Source of the DNA: Nitrospirota bacterium
Lineage (GTDB): Bacteria > Nitrospirota > UBA9217
DNA: 64,000 nt
Assembly (NCBI GenBank): GCA_029858565.1
Contig: JAOUEV010000001.1
Location: forward strand, 128,001-192,000
Direction: 5' to 3'
In this document: piece after piece, positions 18,866 through 28,544 of the stretch
Numbering within the stretch: the stretch's first letter is position 1
Layout of the letters: each line of letters begins with the position of its first letter
The notes under the pieces: model-generated
The model's database searches: none
Told to the model about the DNA's origin: nothing
What the model saw: the letters and a program-made list of their open reading frames with translations, nothing else
Program-made: the position numbers and the translations under genes

Positions 18866-20614
18866 TTATCTATCCAAATCCGCCAGAATAAAATCAATGC
18901 TCCCCAGGATCGCCATGAGGTCGGCGATCATCAGACCTTTTGCGATCTTCGGCACCATCTGCATGTGCGGGAACGAAGGCGTGCGGATGCGGGTGCGGTA
19001 GGAGTGGATGCCTCCGTCGCTCACGAGATAATATCCGTTGCTGCCCTTTGTCGCTTCGATGCCCATGAACGCCTCGCCCGCTGGTATGACCGGGCCCCAG
19101 GATAGGCCCAGAAAATGGGTGATCAGGGTCTCAATGTCCTTCAGGGTCCGTTCCTTGCGCGGCGGGGTCGTGAGCGGGTGATCGGATTTATAGGATCCCT
19201 CGGGCATGTTCTTCATGCACTGTTCAACGATCCGCATGCTCTGGCGGATCTCCTCGATGCGGACCACGGCGCGGTCATAGCAGTCGCCGTTCACTGCAGT
19301 GGGGATATCGAAGTCGAACATCTCGTAGCCCGAGTAAGGCCGCTTCCTTCGAAAGTCCCAATCGAGTCCGCAGGCGCGGAGACCCGGTCCGGTCACTCCC
19401 CACTCGACCGCATCTTCGAGCGAATAGGCGCCGACTCCCCGGGTCCTTCCTTTGAAGATGCTGTTCCGCATGACGATACTGTCGTATTCCTTGAGCCGGT
19501 GCGGAAGATAGGCGAGGAAATCCCTCACCAGCCGGTCCCAGCCTTTTGGCAGGTCCTGAGAAACACCGCCGATCCGGAACCAGGCCGGGTGCATGCGGCC
19601 GCCGCAGACCGCTTCGACGATCTCAAAGACCTTTTCCCGGTCAGAGAAAGTGTAGAACACCGGAGACAAGGCCCCCACGTCCTGGGCAAAGGTGCCGTAC
19701 CAGACCAGATGGCTCTGGATGCGGAACAGCTCTGCCATCATCACGCGGATAACCTTTACCCGGTCGGGCACCTCGATCCCCGCGAGCTTCTCGACCGCCA
19801 GTACATATGCCAGGTTGTTCATGACACCGCCGAAGTAGTCGATGCGGTCCGTGTAGGGAATGAAGGTGTGCCAGGTCTGGCGCTCGGCCATCTTTTCCGC
19901 GCCGCGGTGATGATAGCCGATGTCCGGGACAGCGTCCACGATCTCTTCTCCGTCGAGCTGCAGGATGATGCGCAGGAGACCGTGCGTACCCGGGTGCTGG
20001 GGGCCAAGGTTCAGGAACAGGTGGTCCGTGCCGTCCTTTGCCGGCGCCATGCCCCATTCCTCGGGCCGGAACTTGAGCGCCTGCTGCGCAATGTCCATCT
20101 GGTCCTCGGGCATGCGGAACTGTCCCATTTCCGTTGCCCGCGCGGGATGCTCCTTCCTGAGCGGGTGGCCTTCCCATGCGGGCGGCAGCAGGATGCGCTT
20201 GAGATGGGGGTGGCCGTTGAAGCGGATGCCGAAGAGGTCCCATGCTTCCCGTTCGTACCAGTTCGCGTTCCGCCAGAGTCCGGTGATGGACGGCAGGGTG
20301 TGAGTATCTCCCAGGAGCGGGACCTTGATCCTGATGTCCTCGTTCCGGTCAAAGGACAGCAGGTGGTACACAACAGTGAAATCGGACATGGGCTGGTCTG
20401 GTCTGTTCGTCCGCGTGCGTTCGTCAATGACCGTGAGGTCATAGAGCATTTTGTAGGGCCGGCCGATCTTCGTCTTGAGATGCAGGAGTACGTCGGCGGT
20501 CCGGTCAGGGGAGATCCAGAGCGTGGGGATGTTGTCCTTTGCGGGCTGTACCGCGAGGATCGCGGGGCCGAAGGAGCTGCTTAGGTCGGCGATGATAGGG
20601 TTAGGAAAAGTCAT
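18866..20614 (-). CDS. nuoC: NADH-quinone oxidoreductase fused subunit C/D
   Basis: Nuo[12 protein letters not shown]...GHPLRK fused to Nuo[12 protein letters not shown]...YHHRG...DLDR. Confidence 0.96.
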   Translation of the reverse strand: MTFPNPIIADLSSSFGPAILAVQPAKDNIPTLWISPDRTADVLLHLKTKIGRPYKMLYDLTVIDERTRTNRPDQPMSDFTVVYHLLSFDRNEDIRIKVPLLGDTHTLPSITGLWRNANWYEREAWDLFGIRFNGHPHLKRILLPPAWEGHPLRKEHPARATEMGQFRMPEDQMDIAQQALKFRPEEWGMAPAKDGTDHLFLNLGPQHPGTHGLLRIILQLDGEEIVDAVPDIGYHHRGAEKMAERQTWHTFIPYTDRIDYFGGVMNNLAYVLAVEKLAGIEVPDRVKVIRVMMAELFRIQSHLVWYGTFAQDVGALSPVFYTFSDREKVFEIVEAVCGGRMHPAWFRIGGVSQDLPKGWDRLVRDFLAYLPHRLKEYDSIVMRNSIFKGRTRGVGAYSLEDAVEWGVTGPGLRACGLDWDFRRKRPYSGYEMFDFDIPTAVNGDCYDRAVVRIEEIRQSMRIVEQCMKNMPEGSYKSDHPLTTPPRKERTLKDIETLITHFLGLSWGPVIPAGEAFMGIEATKGSNGYYLVSDGGIHSYRTRIRTPSFPHMQMVPKIAKGLMIADLMAILGSIDFILADLDR

Positions 20615-20628
20615 AAAAACAAGCCATG

Positions 20629-20783
20629 TTTTACCGCAGAGGACGCGGAGGACGCCGAGAAAAGCCTAAAAAAAGCGCAAGAGCCGATCCTGTTTTAGAA
20701 GGATAAAACTAATGCAAACAGGCTCATATGCTCCATAAGAATATATCTGACCTTTGAATTTCTCTGCGTCCTCTGCGGTGAAA
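20629..20783. repeat. Inverted-repeat element (CGCAGAGGA 9-mers) at the nuoB-nuoCD junction
   Basis: TTTTACCGCAGAGGACGCGGAG (20629-20650) vs CTCTGCGTCCTCTGCGGTGAAA (20762-20783): 20/22. Confidence 0.88.
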
Positions 20784-20795
20784 AAGCCGTTTTTG

Positions 20796-21410
20796 TTAGA
20801 CTTCATCGGGTGAACGCAGCACCGAAGCCTTCACCCGTTCCGCCCGCTTCATATCCCTCATGCATGGCGGTTCGGGAGCGGTCGTATCCTGCCGTCCCGC
20901 GACCCAGGACAGGGGGCGTTTCTCCTTGCCCACCTTGGCGCTCAGGAGCAGGAGCCCTTCCATGAAGGCTTCGGGCCGGGGAGGGCAGCCGGGAACGTAG
21001 ACGTCAACGGGCAGGAGCTTGTCGACTCCCTGGACCACGCTGTAGATATCGTACATGCCGCCGGAATTGGCGCAGGAGCCCATGGAGATTACCCAGCGGG
21101 GCTCCATCATCTGTTCGTAGAGCCGTTTGATCACCGGCGCCATCTTGATGAACACCGTGCCGGCCACGATCATGAGGTCAGCTTCGCGGGGCGTGCCCCG
21201 GAGCACTTCTGCGCCATACCGCGCGATGTCGTACTTGCTCGTAAGGCTGGCGGCCATCTCCACGTAGCAGCACGAGAGGCCGAAATTGAAGGGCCAGATC
21301 GAGTTCTTCCGGCCCCAGGCGACCATGTCCTCAAGCCGCGTCAGGAGCAGGCTTTGGCGCACTGCGTCGTCAATGTCTGGGATGCTGCTTCTGGTTGTAG
21401 ACCAGTTCAT
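20796..21410 (-). CDS. nuoB: NADH-quinone oxidoreductase subunit B
   Basis: [29 protein letters not shown]. Confidence 0.96.
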   Translation of the reverse strand: MNWSTTRSSIPDIDDAVRQSLLLTRLEDMVAWGRKNSIWPFNFGLSCCYVEMAASLTSKYDIARYGAEVLRGTPREADLMIVAGTVFIKMAPVIKRLYEQMMEPRWVISMGSCANSGGMYDIYSVVQGVDKLLPVDVYVPGCPPRPEAFMEGLLLLSAKVGKEKRPLSWVAGRQDTTAPEPPCMRDMKRAERVKASVLRSPDEV

Positions 21411-21440
21411 ACGTTATAATCCCCGGAGCGGGTCAGCTTT

Positions 21441-21565
21441 AGAGCTTTAAGCGGTAGAGCGGTAAGCAGCCACAACCAGTTATAGAGCATTAAGCGGTAG
21501 AACCGTTAGCAACCGACTGTTTATCTTCCCTTTGTGCCTGCTTACGGCTTATCGCTTACTGCTTG
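21441..21565. repeat. AAGCGGTA-type arrays with an inverted copy at the nuoA-nuoB junction
   Basis: AGAGCTTTAAGCGGTAGAGCGGTAAGCAG (21441-21469), a second copy at 21484-21512, and inverse CTGCTTACGGCTTATCGCTTACTGCTT overlapping the nuoA stop. Confidence 0.7.
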
Positions 21566-21936
21566 CGACTCGATTTAACCTTTCCCCAGTCAAGAGCTCC
21601 CTGACGCAAGATGTACATGAACGCGACGGCGAACACCCCGGTGAACAGCAGGACCTCCACGTACCCGGTCCACCCGATCTCCCTCACCGACAGTGCCCAG
21701 ATGTACAGATAGACCGCCTCGACATCGAAGATAAGAAAGAACATGGCGATGAGGTAGAACTTGACGTCGAACCGGCCGCCCACGGTGCCGGTGGACTGTA
21801 CCCCGGACTCATAGGGCTCATCGGTCGCGCGCTCATGGTGGCGCTGGCCAAGCAGGGCCGAGAGCGCAACAATGAACGCGACAATGGTGACCGTCGCAAG
21901 GAAGTACAGGACCAGCGGGAACAAAGGACCATCCAA
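21556..21936 (-). CDS. nuoA: NADH-quinone oxidoreductase subunit A
   Basis: PYESG, KFYLIAMFFLIFDVE, GALDW; TTG start chosen from upstream AGGAG (alternative ATG at 21972). Confidence 0.9.
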   Translation of the reverse strand: MDGPLFPLVLYFLATVTIVAFIVALSALLGQRHHERATDEPYESGVQSTGTVGGRFDVKFYLIAMFFLIFDVEAVYLYIWALSVREIGWTGYVEVLLFTGVFAVAFMYILRQGALDWGKVKSSRKQ

Positions 21937-22052
21937 GGCGATTTCGCTCCTGTTATTGCTTTTCTCAAGCATACCGAGTGCCCGGGGGAATGTCAAGCAG
22001 GCATAAGCGGAATGCGCGGTCCGCGCGGGTCTTTCATTCGGCCATATAGCCG

Positions 22053-22081
22053 TTGACAAGTCCTGTCAACGCTGCTAATCT
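22053..22081 (+). promoter_or_regulatory. sigma70 promoter for the FKBP gene
   Basis: TTGACA-17 bp-TAATCT with TGn extension. Confidence 0.6.
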
Positions 22082-22121
22082 ACACAGGTCTGCGCCAAAC
22101 CACCATACTGAAGGAGAGAAC

Positions 22122-22835
22122 ATGAAGAGAACGGTCACCATGCTAGTGTGTCTGTGCCTGATAGCGCCGGCCGCGATAGCGGCGGAGAAGGGCAAGTTCA
22201 AGACCAAGAAAGAACAGCTGAGCTACAGCCTCGGCTATGATATGGCAACCAATTTCAAGCGGACCGAGCTCGACGTCGATCCCGCCATGATCATGCAGGG
22301 AATGAAGGATGCCCAGGCCGGAAAACCGAAAATGTCAGAAGAGGAGATGCGCGAGGTCCTGATGGAGGCTCAGCAGAAGTTCCGGACCAAGCAGCAGGAG
22401 CTGATGGCGAAGCAGCAGGAACAGCGCAAATCACAGGGGGAGAAGAATAAGAAGGAAGGCGAGGCTTTTCTTGAAGAGAACAAGAAAAAACCGGGCATCG
22501 TGACGCTGCCGAGCGGTCTGCAGTACAAGATGCTTGTGGAAGGAAAGGGCAAATCGCCCAAGGCAACGGACAAGGTTACGGTCAACTATCGGGGGACGCT
22601 GATCGACGGAACCGAGTTCGACAGTTCCTATAAGCGCAATCAACCGGCGACGTTCGCGCTGAACCAGGTCATCAAGGCCTGGACCGAAGGCGTCCAGCTC
22701 ATGAAAGAAGGCGGGAAGATCCAGCTTTTTGTGCCGTCCGAGCTTGGATATGGAGACCGGGGCGCGGGAGCGCAGATCGGACCCAACGCCGTGCTGATCT
22801 TCGAGGTCGAGCTGATCTCGGTGGCGGCTGAGTAG
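22122..22835 (+). CDS. FKBP-type peptidyl-prolyl isomerase (FkpA/Mip-like), exported
   Basis: Signal peptide; SYSLG N-domain; LPSGLQY, VNYRGTLIDGTEFDSS, LIFEVEL. Confidence 0.95.
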   Translation: MKRTVTMLVCLCLIAPAAIAAEKGKFKTKKEQLSYSLGYDMATNFKRTELDVDPAMIMQGMKDAQAGKPKMSEEEMREVLMEAQQKFRTKQQELMAKQQEQRKSQGEKNKKEGEAFLEENKKKPGIVTLPSGLQYKMLVEGKGKSPKATDKVTVNYRGTLIDGTEFDSSYKRNQPATFALNQVIKAWTEGVQLMKEGGKIQLFVPSELGYGDRGAGAQIGPNAVLIFEVELISVAAE

Positions 22836-22867
22836 GCCGGATCGGTGCCGGCGGCCCGGAGGATACC

Positions 22868-23515
22868 GTGGTGAAACAACTCTTCAGAGTGTTGATCGCA
22901 TCTGCGATACTGCTGGCGGGTGTCCTGGCGGCAGGCGCGGAAGCGGCTGAACAAACACCAACGACCGCTGACGCATGGTTCTTTCGCGGAGGGGAGCTCG
23001 CGTCGCAGGGCGCTCTGGAAGCGGCGCATAATGCGTTCTCAAAAGCGATCGAGATGAATGCGCGCATGGCCGAGGCCTTTGTCAGCAGGGGCATGGTGCA
23101 CGAGCGGTTGAGAAGAACGAAGGAGGCGATCGCAGATTATACATCCGCTCTCGCCATCAACAGGAACTTCGCGCAGGCATACAACAACCGGGGGATGGTC
23201 CTGTTCCGCGGCCAGCGGTTCCAGCCTGCCTTGGACGACTTGAGCGAGGCTGTCAGCCTTGATGGGAATAACTCGTCCTATCGGGCTAACCGGGCTGCCG
23301 TCTATGCCCGCCTGAAGAACTACGACAAGGCCATCGCGGACTATACCGCGGCGGTCCTGATCGATCCGGACAATGCCGATGCCTACGCCGGTCGGGGAGC
23401 CGCTCACTATTCCCGGGGGGATCGCTCCAAGGCCGTGACCGACCTGAAATTGGCCTGTTCGCGAGGCAGCGAAGCAGGATGCAGGAGCCTGAAGGCTGTG
23501 AACGGCCGAAAGTGA
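22868..23515 (+). CDS. Exported TPR-repeat protein
   Basis: Signal peptide; repeated AY(N)NRG...AIADY TPR units. Confidence 0.85.
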   Translation: MVKQLFRVLIASAILLAGVLAAGAEAAEQTPTTADAWFFRGGELASQGALEAAHNAFSKAIEMNARMAEAFVSRGMVHERLRRTKEAIADYTSALAINRNFAQAYNNRGMVLFRGQRFQPALDDLSEAVSLDGNNSSYRANRAAVYARLKNYDKAIADYTAAVLIDPDNADAYAGRGAAHYSRGDRSKAVTDLKLACSRGSEAGCRSLKAVNGRK

Positions 23516-23522
23516 GGCGATA

Positions 23523-24098
23523 ATGAAAGTGCTGGCTATCAATGGAAGCGCGCGCAAGGACGGGAACACGGCGCTGCTGCTCAACACGGTCATGGCCGAG
23601 CTTTCGACCCAGGGGATCGAGACCGAGCTCTACCAGCTGGCGGGCAAGCCCATCCAGGGCTGCATTGCCTGTTATAAGTGTTTTCAGAACAAGAACAAAC
23701 GGTGCGCAGTGGACAAGGACATTGCCAACGAATGCATCGAGAAGATGCTTTCCGCCGACGGCATCCTCCTGGGTTCGCCGACCTATTTTGCCGACCTGTC
23801 CGCAGGCATGAAGGCCCTGATCGAACGGAGCGGCATGGTCGCCAGGGCCAACGGGAACATGTTCCGCAGAAAAGCCGGGGCAGGGGTCGTAGCCGTTCGA
23901 CGGGCCGGCGCCATGCACGTATTCAGCTCGCTGAACGCCTTCTTTCTGATCAGCGAAATGGTCATCCCGGGATCGAGCTACTGGAACCTGGGGCGGGGCA
24001 GGGAACCGGGCGAGGTCAGGAACGACGAGGAAGGCATGCAGACCATGAAGACGCTGGGCCAGAACATGGCCTGGCTGATGAAGCAGCTGGGGAAATAA
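23523..24098 (+). CDS. Flavodoxin-family iron-sulfur flavoprotein
   Basis: INGSARKDGNT, CIACYKC...C, GSPTYF, RRAGA. Confidence 0.9.
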   Translation: MKVLAINGSARKDGNTALLLNTVMAELSTQGIETELYQLAGKPIQGCIACYKCFQNKNKRCAVDKDIANECIEKMLSADGILLGSPTYFADLSAGMKALIERSGMVARANGNMFRRKAGAGVVAVRRAGAMHVFSSLNAFFLISEMVIPGSSYWNLGRGREPGEVRNDEEGMQTMKTLGQNMAWLMKQLGK

Positions 24099-24151
24099 CG
24101 GCGAATCTTTAAAAGCTATTTATCGCACGAAGCCGCGAAGACACGAAGAAA

Positions 24152-24184
24152 AATAAAGGCGACTCTTATGAGCCGCCTTTATTT
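24152..24184. terminator. Bidirectional terminator-like hairpin
   Basis: AAATAAAGGCG-ACTCTTATGAGC-CGCCTTTATTT between convergent genes. Confidence 0.65.
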
Positions 24185-24304
24185 GTGAGTGATGGTAAGT
24201 CTTGCCCCCTCTCCCGACAAGGATGAGGGGCCGCATACGTGATGATCTTGGCGGTTGCTTTTTGCTGTTTCGCACTTCCTTGCTGCTTGCTACGGGCCCT
24301 GCCT

Positions 24305-24802
24305 CTACTTGAGCTTCTTGATCACCGCACGCAGGATGTCCGCCCGCGTCAGGATCCCGATCAGTTTCCCCTTCTCATCCACTACCGGCAAGCGCCGGAT
24401 CTTCTTGTCGTCCATGATCTCCACGGCTTTCGAGACGTTCATGTCCGGTCTGATCGTCTGGGGCTTCCCGGTCATGATGTCGCCGACCGTATCTCCGATC
24501 CTGCGCTCCGGCAGCCGTTCGCCGAGCATGTACTTCAGCAGGTCCTTGACCGTATGCGCCTTTCCCATGCCGAGCATCGAAAGCACATCCGCCTGGGTAA
24601 TGATCCCGAGGAGCTTGTAGTCGCGGTCCACGACCGGCAGTCCGCTGATGTTCCGCTCGGTCAGGATATGCGCGACATTCACGATGGTGTCGTACTTCTG
24701 GACCGTCAGGACCCCGCGGGTCATCACGTCCTGCACCAGGATCTCCTGGCCCATGGAGGAACGGAGGTGGCTGTCTGCGGGTTTGAGAGCTTTCTTCGGC
24801 AT
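24305..24802 (-). CDS. CBS-domain protein
   Basis: Two CBS units (ISGLPVVD...GIITQAD; IRRLPVVD...GILTRAD). Confidence 0.92.
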   Translation of the reverse strand: MPKKALKPADSHLRSSMGQEILVQDVMTRGVLTVQKYDTIVNVAHILTERNISGLPVVDRDYKLLGIITQADVLSMLGMGKAHTVKDLLKYMLGERLPERRIGDTVGDIMTGKPQTIRPDMNVSKAVEIMDDKKIRRLPVVDEKGKLIGILTRADILRAVIKKLK

Positions 24803-25001
24803 GGCACGCTCCTGCGCTGAAAATAAGAACTCCGCCGCAATTCCGCGACGATAGCTGATCTAACGGTGCATACTATACCATCCCGAAGGGCTCAAGAAAA
24901 GAGGGAAATGAAGGATTGACGGGGCAACCGCTGCAGAGCGCCTGTTGATCGCAAAAAGGGGTTGTCTTTACCCACAAGATCGAAGTCGTCGGAAACAGCG
25001 G

Positions 25002-25802
25002 CTATCCATGCTTCTGCGCGATCTTCTCGAACATCATAACCATGCCCGTGCCGAGCTCGAAGACCGATTCGATGGGAAGATGATCAGCCGCGGTGGAGTC
25101 GAAGAATATCTTGAGCATGGATTCCATGTCCCCGTCAGCATGCCAGTAGCAGAACAGCACCGGCATTTTCGGCAGGGGATAGAGGATGACGGTCACATCA
25201 GCGCCAAAGTCGCCGGTGGACCGTTTTCCGCCAAAGAGGGTGATGATGTCCTCGAAAAGTTCCGCATGATCATCCGCCAGTTTCGCGAGCGCCTGTTCGG
25301 CCCGCCTGTGAAAGAGCGGTCCGCGCTGGTTTGCGCCGGCCAATTCCCGGAAAGGGATCCAGTTTCCTGATGGGGTCGTGCCCTTGCTATGGACGACGTA
25401 GCCGAGCAGCGGGATGACAAGGCCGCTGTGGGTGTGGCATTCTGATGCGACGCTCCCTTCCGCATCCACTGAGAAGTCCCTGCCCAGACAACGTACGATC
25501 AGTTTGCCTGCCTCAAAGCGTCCTGCCAGGCGGCCAGCTGATGAAGCGAGATCGACCTCTTTCATCCTCGAGCGCAGCTCTTCAACGATACCTGACCGTA
25601 TCTTGTCGATGTCCGGCAGCACCTCGACCAGATCAATGATCTGCTGCGCATCCTCCCTGGCCAGATGCGGGCAGCTGGTGACCGTGCGCTCGGCTTTAAG
25701 CACTGCGGTCGCAAAGGCGAAACAGGACGGGAAACCACAGTCCCTGCAGTTGGTCTGCGGGAGTCTGCGGTAGATGTCTAGGGGGCTTTTGAGAGGGGGC
25801 AT
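25002..25802 (-). CDS. Fe-S-cluster domain protein (DUF3786-like)
   Basis: N-terminal LPQTNCRDCGFPSCFAFA...CPHL; C-terminal PLPKMPVL..W..DGD; start at MPPLKSP. Confidence 0.8.
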   Translation of the reverse strand: MPPLKSPLDIYRRLPQTNCRDCGFPSCFAFATAVLKAERTVTSCPHLAREDAQQIIDLVEVLPDIDKIRSGIVEELRSRMKEVDLASSAGRLAGRFEAGKLIVRCLGRDFSVDAEGSVASECHTHSGLVIPLLGYVVHSKGTTPSGNWIPFRELAGANQRGPLFHRRAEQALAKLADDHAELFEDIITLFGGKRSTGDFGADVTVILYPLPKMPVLFCYWHADGDMESMLKIFFDSTAADHLPIESVFELGTGMVMMFEKIAQKHG

Positions 25803-25856
25803 GGAAAGGACAAAGGTATTAAGATTTAGGCGCAAACCAACAAAAGAAAATCTTTT

Positions 25857-25950
25857 TCTCGCGCAAAGACGCCAAGCCGCAAAGAAAGGCAATATCAAAC
25901 CAAGTCATCTGGTTAAAATTTTCTTCGCGCCTTTGCGGCTTTGCGCGAGA
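25857..25950. repeat. Inverted-repeat element of CGCAAAG-type 8-mers
   Basis: TCTCGCGCAAAGACGCCAAGCCGCAAAG ... CTTCGCGCCTTTGCGGCTTTGCGCGAGA; same family as 4661-4752. Confidence 0.87.
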
Positions 25951-25986
25951 CGCCTTTTATCATTTAGTCCGTTACGAAAGGAAGTG

Positions 25987-26826
25987 TTATGCGCCTTTTA
26001 TCTGCCCGCCCCATTCCTTCAAATGCCCGGTGATGAAGGCGATGATCTTCTCATGCTCCTCATCACCCCGTCCCTGGATCGTCATGGGTTCGCCAAAGGT
26101 GAAGTGGACCTTTTTCTCCGGATCGATCTTCCCGAAATCCTTGATCAGTTTCCCGTTGCCCCAGGCGTCGGTCAGGAGCGCGATAGGGACCACCGGGACG
26201 CCTGCGCGTTTCGCGAGCTTGATGCCGATGGTGTTGAACTCAGCGGGGTCGAACATGGCGCTGCGCGTGGTCTGGGGGAACACAATTATCGAAGTGCCGT
26301 TCTTCAGCCGCTCCGAACCGCCTTCCATGACAATGCGGAAATCGTCGCGCGCGTTGGTCCTGCCCACGGTAATGGGATCACGGGTGCGCATGATGTGCTT
26401 AAACACGGGATAGTCCACCAGGCTCTGTTTCACCACAAAGGTGCAATGTTTGACCGGCTCGATGATCATGGGGAGCACGAAGGTCTCCAGGGTGCTCATG
26501 TGATTGCCGATGAACACGCAGGGTCCGTTAACGCCCCGGAGGTTGTCGATCCCTGTCACCTCGAACCGGACTCCTACGTTCTCAAGGGCGCGGAGGGTGT
26601 TAAAGCTGTTCTCGCACCACTCGGCGTCGGCGTAGCGGCCGCGCTTTGCCCTGGAGCTCCCGCTGAACACGATTTTCAGGAGGTCGACGTAGAACGGCAG
26701 GCCCGGGGCCATGCGGCCGATGATCGAGGGGGCGACCGGCGCGGTCCGATACGCGCCGTTCTCATAGGTCAGGGTCAGCACGAGGGGGTCTCCTTGGACA
26801 TCGGAAGATCGCTGCAACGGGTTCAA
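25987..26826 (-). CDS. Lysophospholipid acyltransferase (PlsC-like)
   Basis: FIGNHMSTLE, IVFPQTTR, GVPVVPIAL; start uncertain. Confidence 0.85.
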   Translation of the reverse strand: MNPLQRSSDVQGDPLVLTLTYENGAYRTAPVAPSIIGRMAPGLPFYVDLLKIVFSGSSRAKRGRYADAEWCENSFNTLRALENVGVRFEVTGIDNLRGVNGPCVFIGNHMSTLETFVLPMIIEPVKHCTFVVKQSLVDYPVFKHIMRTRDPITVGRTNARDDFRIVMEGGSERLKNGTSIIVFPQTTRSAMFDPAEFNTIGIKLAKRAGVPVVPIALLTDAWGNGKLIKDFGKIDPEKKVHFTFGEPMTIQGRGDEEHEKIIAFITGHLKEWGGQIKGA

Positions 26827-26872
26827 TATACCATCCGGCAGGGGACATGGAAAGAGGGAAGTGCGTAAGGGT

Positions 26873-28378
26873 TTATATCAGGTCGGGCGACGGGCGCTTG
26901 ATGTAATATCCCTGTGCGTAATGGATGCCTGCGGTCCTGACCTGGTCCAGGATGCCCTCGGACTCCACGTATTCGGCGATGGTCTTGATCTTAAGACGGT
27001 TTGCGAGGGCGGCGATGCTCGTGACGATCTCCTTCTCGATCGAGCCTCCGCCGTGAAGGGTCCTGATGAACTCGCCGTCGACCTTGAGGAAGTCCACGTC
27101 AAAGGTCTTGAGATAATGGAACGAGGAATAGCCCGCGCCGAAGTCGTCGATGGCGAAGCGGAAACCCTCGTCCTTGAGCTTGCGGACGAAATCCTCGATC
27201 AGGCTGACGTTCTTGACCGTGTCCCGCTCGGTGATCTCGAAGACCATGCTCGCCGGGGGGATGTCGTAGTCCCTGAACAGCGCCTTGAGCGTGGGAATGA
27301 AATCGGCGATCACCAGCGCTTTGGGCGAAAGGTTCAGGAATAGCGTGCCCGGATAGTTCCGCTCCTTCACGATGGTGAAGGCCCGCTCGATGAGCTGGTA
27401 ATCGATCTTGCCGATTGCGCCCATGTTCTCGGCTGCCTCGATGAAGTCGGCCGCGGGGATGATCTTGTCGTCCACGATGATGCGGGTCAGCACTTCGTAG
27501 GCCAGGACGCTCTTGTCGTCCACGCTGACGATGGGCTGGAAATAGGGGACGATCTTTTTTCTCTTATGGCTGTGGATGGCGTCAAGGATCATGATGCTCG
27601 TTTCCCCGAGGTTCTTGATCATATCCACGTTGTCCCGCTCGCTCGGAAAAGCCATATGGTCCTTGCCCGAGGTCTTTGCCTGGGCGAGCATGCTGTCCGC
27701 CAGCATGAAGAGGTCCCGGGCATCCTGAGCATGGCTGGGGAAGACCGCCACCCCGATGGAGATCGTTTCCTGCATTACCGCTCCGTCCGGCAGGGTGATA
27801 GAATGGTTTCGCAGGCTTTCCATGATACGATGGGCGACCACATAGGCCTGCTCTTCGTCGCAGACCGGCAGAATGGCCGTGAAGTTGTCACCGCCGAACC
27901 GCGCCGGGATGTCTCCCTTGCGGACGGCCGCCCTGAGGATGGCGGAAAAATCCCTGAGGAATCGGTCCCCGATCTCATGGCCGTAAGTGTCGTTGATGAT
28001 CTTGAAATTGTCCACGTCGATGTGGAGGAGCGAGAACTTGTACTGCTGCCGGCGGGAGCGCTGGGTCTCGTACTGAAGCAGGTCCCAGAAGGTGCGTTGG
28101 TTGTACAAACCCGTGAGCGCGTCGCGGGTCGCGGATTCTTTCGCCTCGTCCGAGTAGCGGTTCAGCGCGCGCATGAGAAAAAGATTGCTGATGATCGGGA
28201 ACGGCGCGAAACAGAGCAGGAGGACCGTCATGGTCTTTCGCGGCAGCCAGGTCGTCTCCCTGCCGCTGAACAGCACGGCGGCCGCGGCAGCGATCAGAAG
28301 AAGGGTCAGAAAGATCGCGCCTATAAACAAGCACATCTTGATCTTTTTGAGGTTTTTTTCGCTTTTTGGTTCCGGCAT
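26873..28378 (-). CDS. Membrane GGDEF-EAL protein
   Basis: Two TM segments; DALTGLYN, RFGGDNF; YFQPI..EVLTR, DDFGAG, KVDG; start at MPEPK. Confidence 0.9.
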   Translation of the reverse strand: MPEPKSEKNLKKIKMCLFIGAIFLTLLLIAAAAAVLFSGRETTWLPRKTMTVLLLCFAPFPIISNLFLMRALNRYSDEAKESATRDALTGLYNQRTFWDLLQYETQRSRRQQYKFSLLHIDVDNFKIINDTYGHEIGDRFLRDFSAILRAAVRKGDIPARFGGDNFTAILPVCDEEQAYVVAHRIMESLRNHSITLPDGAVMQETISIGVAVFPSHAQDARDLFMLADSMLAQAKTSGKDHMAFPSERDNVDMIKNLGETSIMILDAIHSHKRKKIVPYFQPIVSVDDKSVLAYEVLTRIIVDDKIIPAADFIEAAENMGAIGKIDYQLIERAFTIVKERNYPGTLFLNLSPKALVIADFIPTLKALFRDYDIPPASMVFEITERDTVKNVSLIEDFVRKLKDEGFRFAIDDFGAGYSSFHYLKTFDVDFLKVDGEFIRTLHGGGSIEKEIVTSIAALANRLKIKTIAEYVESEGILDQVRTAGIHYAQGYYIKRPSPDLI

Positions 28379-28544
28379 GGAACAATGAACTCCCCGCAAC
28401 AGATCGTATTTAGAGAATAGCCGTGAAGCCTGATCTTTGTCAACCCCGCGGATGAAATAATACAAGACATACTTGTACACCTCGAACGTGCATGGCCGAT
28501 CCGGGGCAGGAGGCGGGCAGGGGGAGAAAAAACTTGCGTGAGCG

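Noticed and set aside
19115-20584. 489-aa plus-strand ORF
   Set aside because: Antisense to nuoCD with no recognisable domain.
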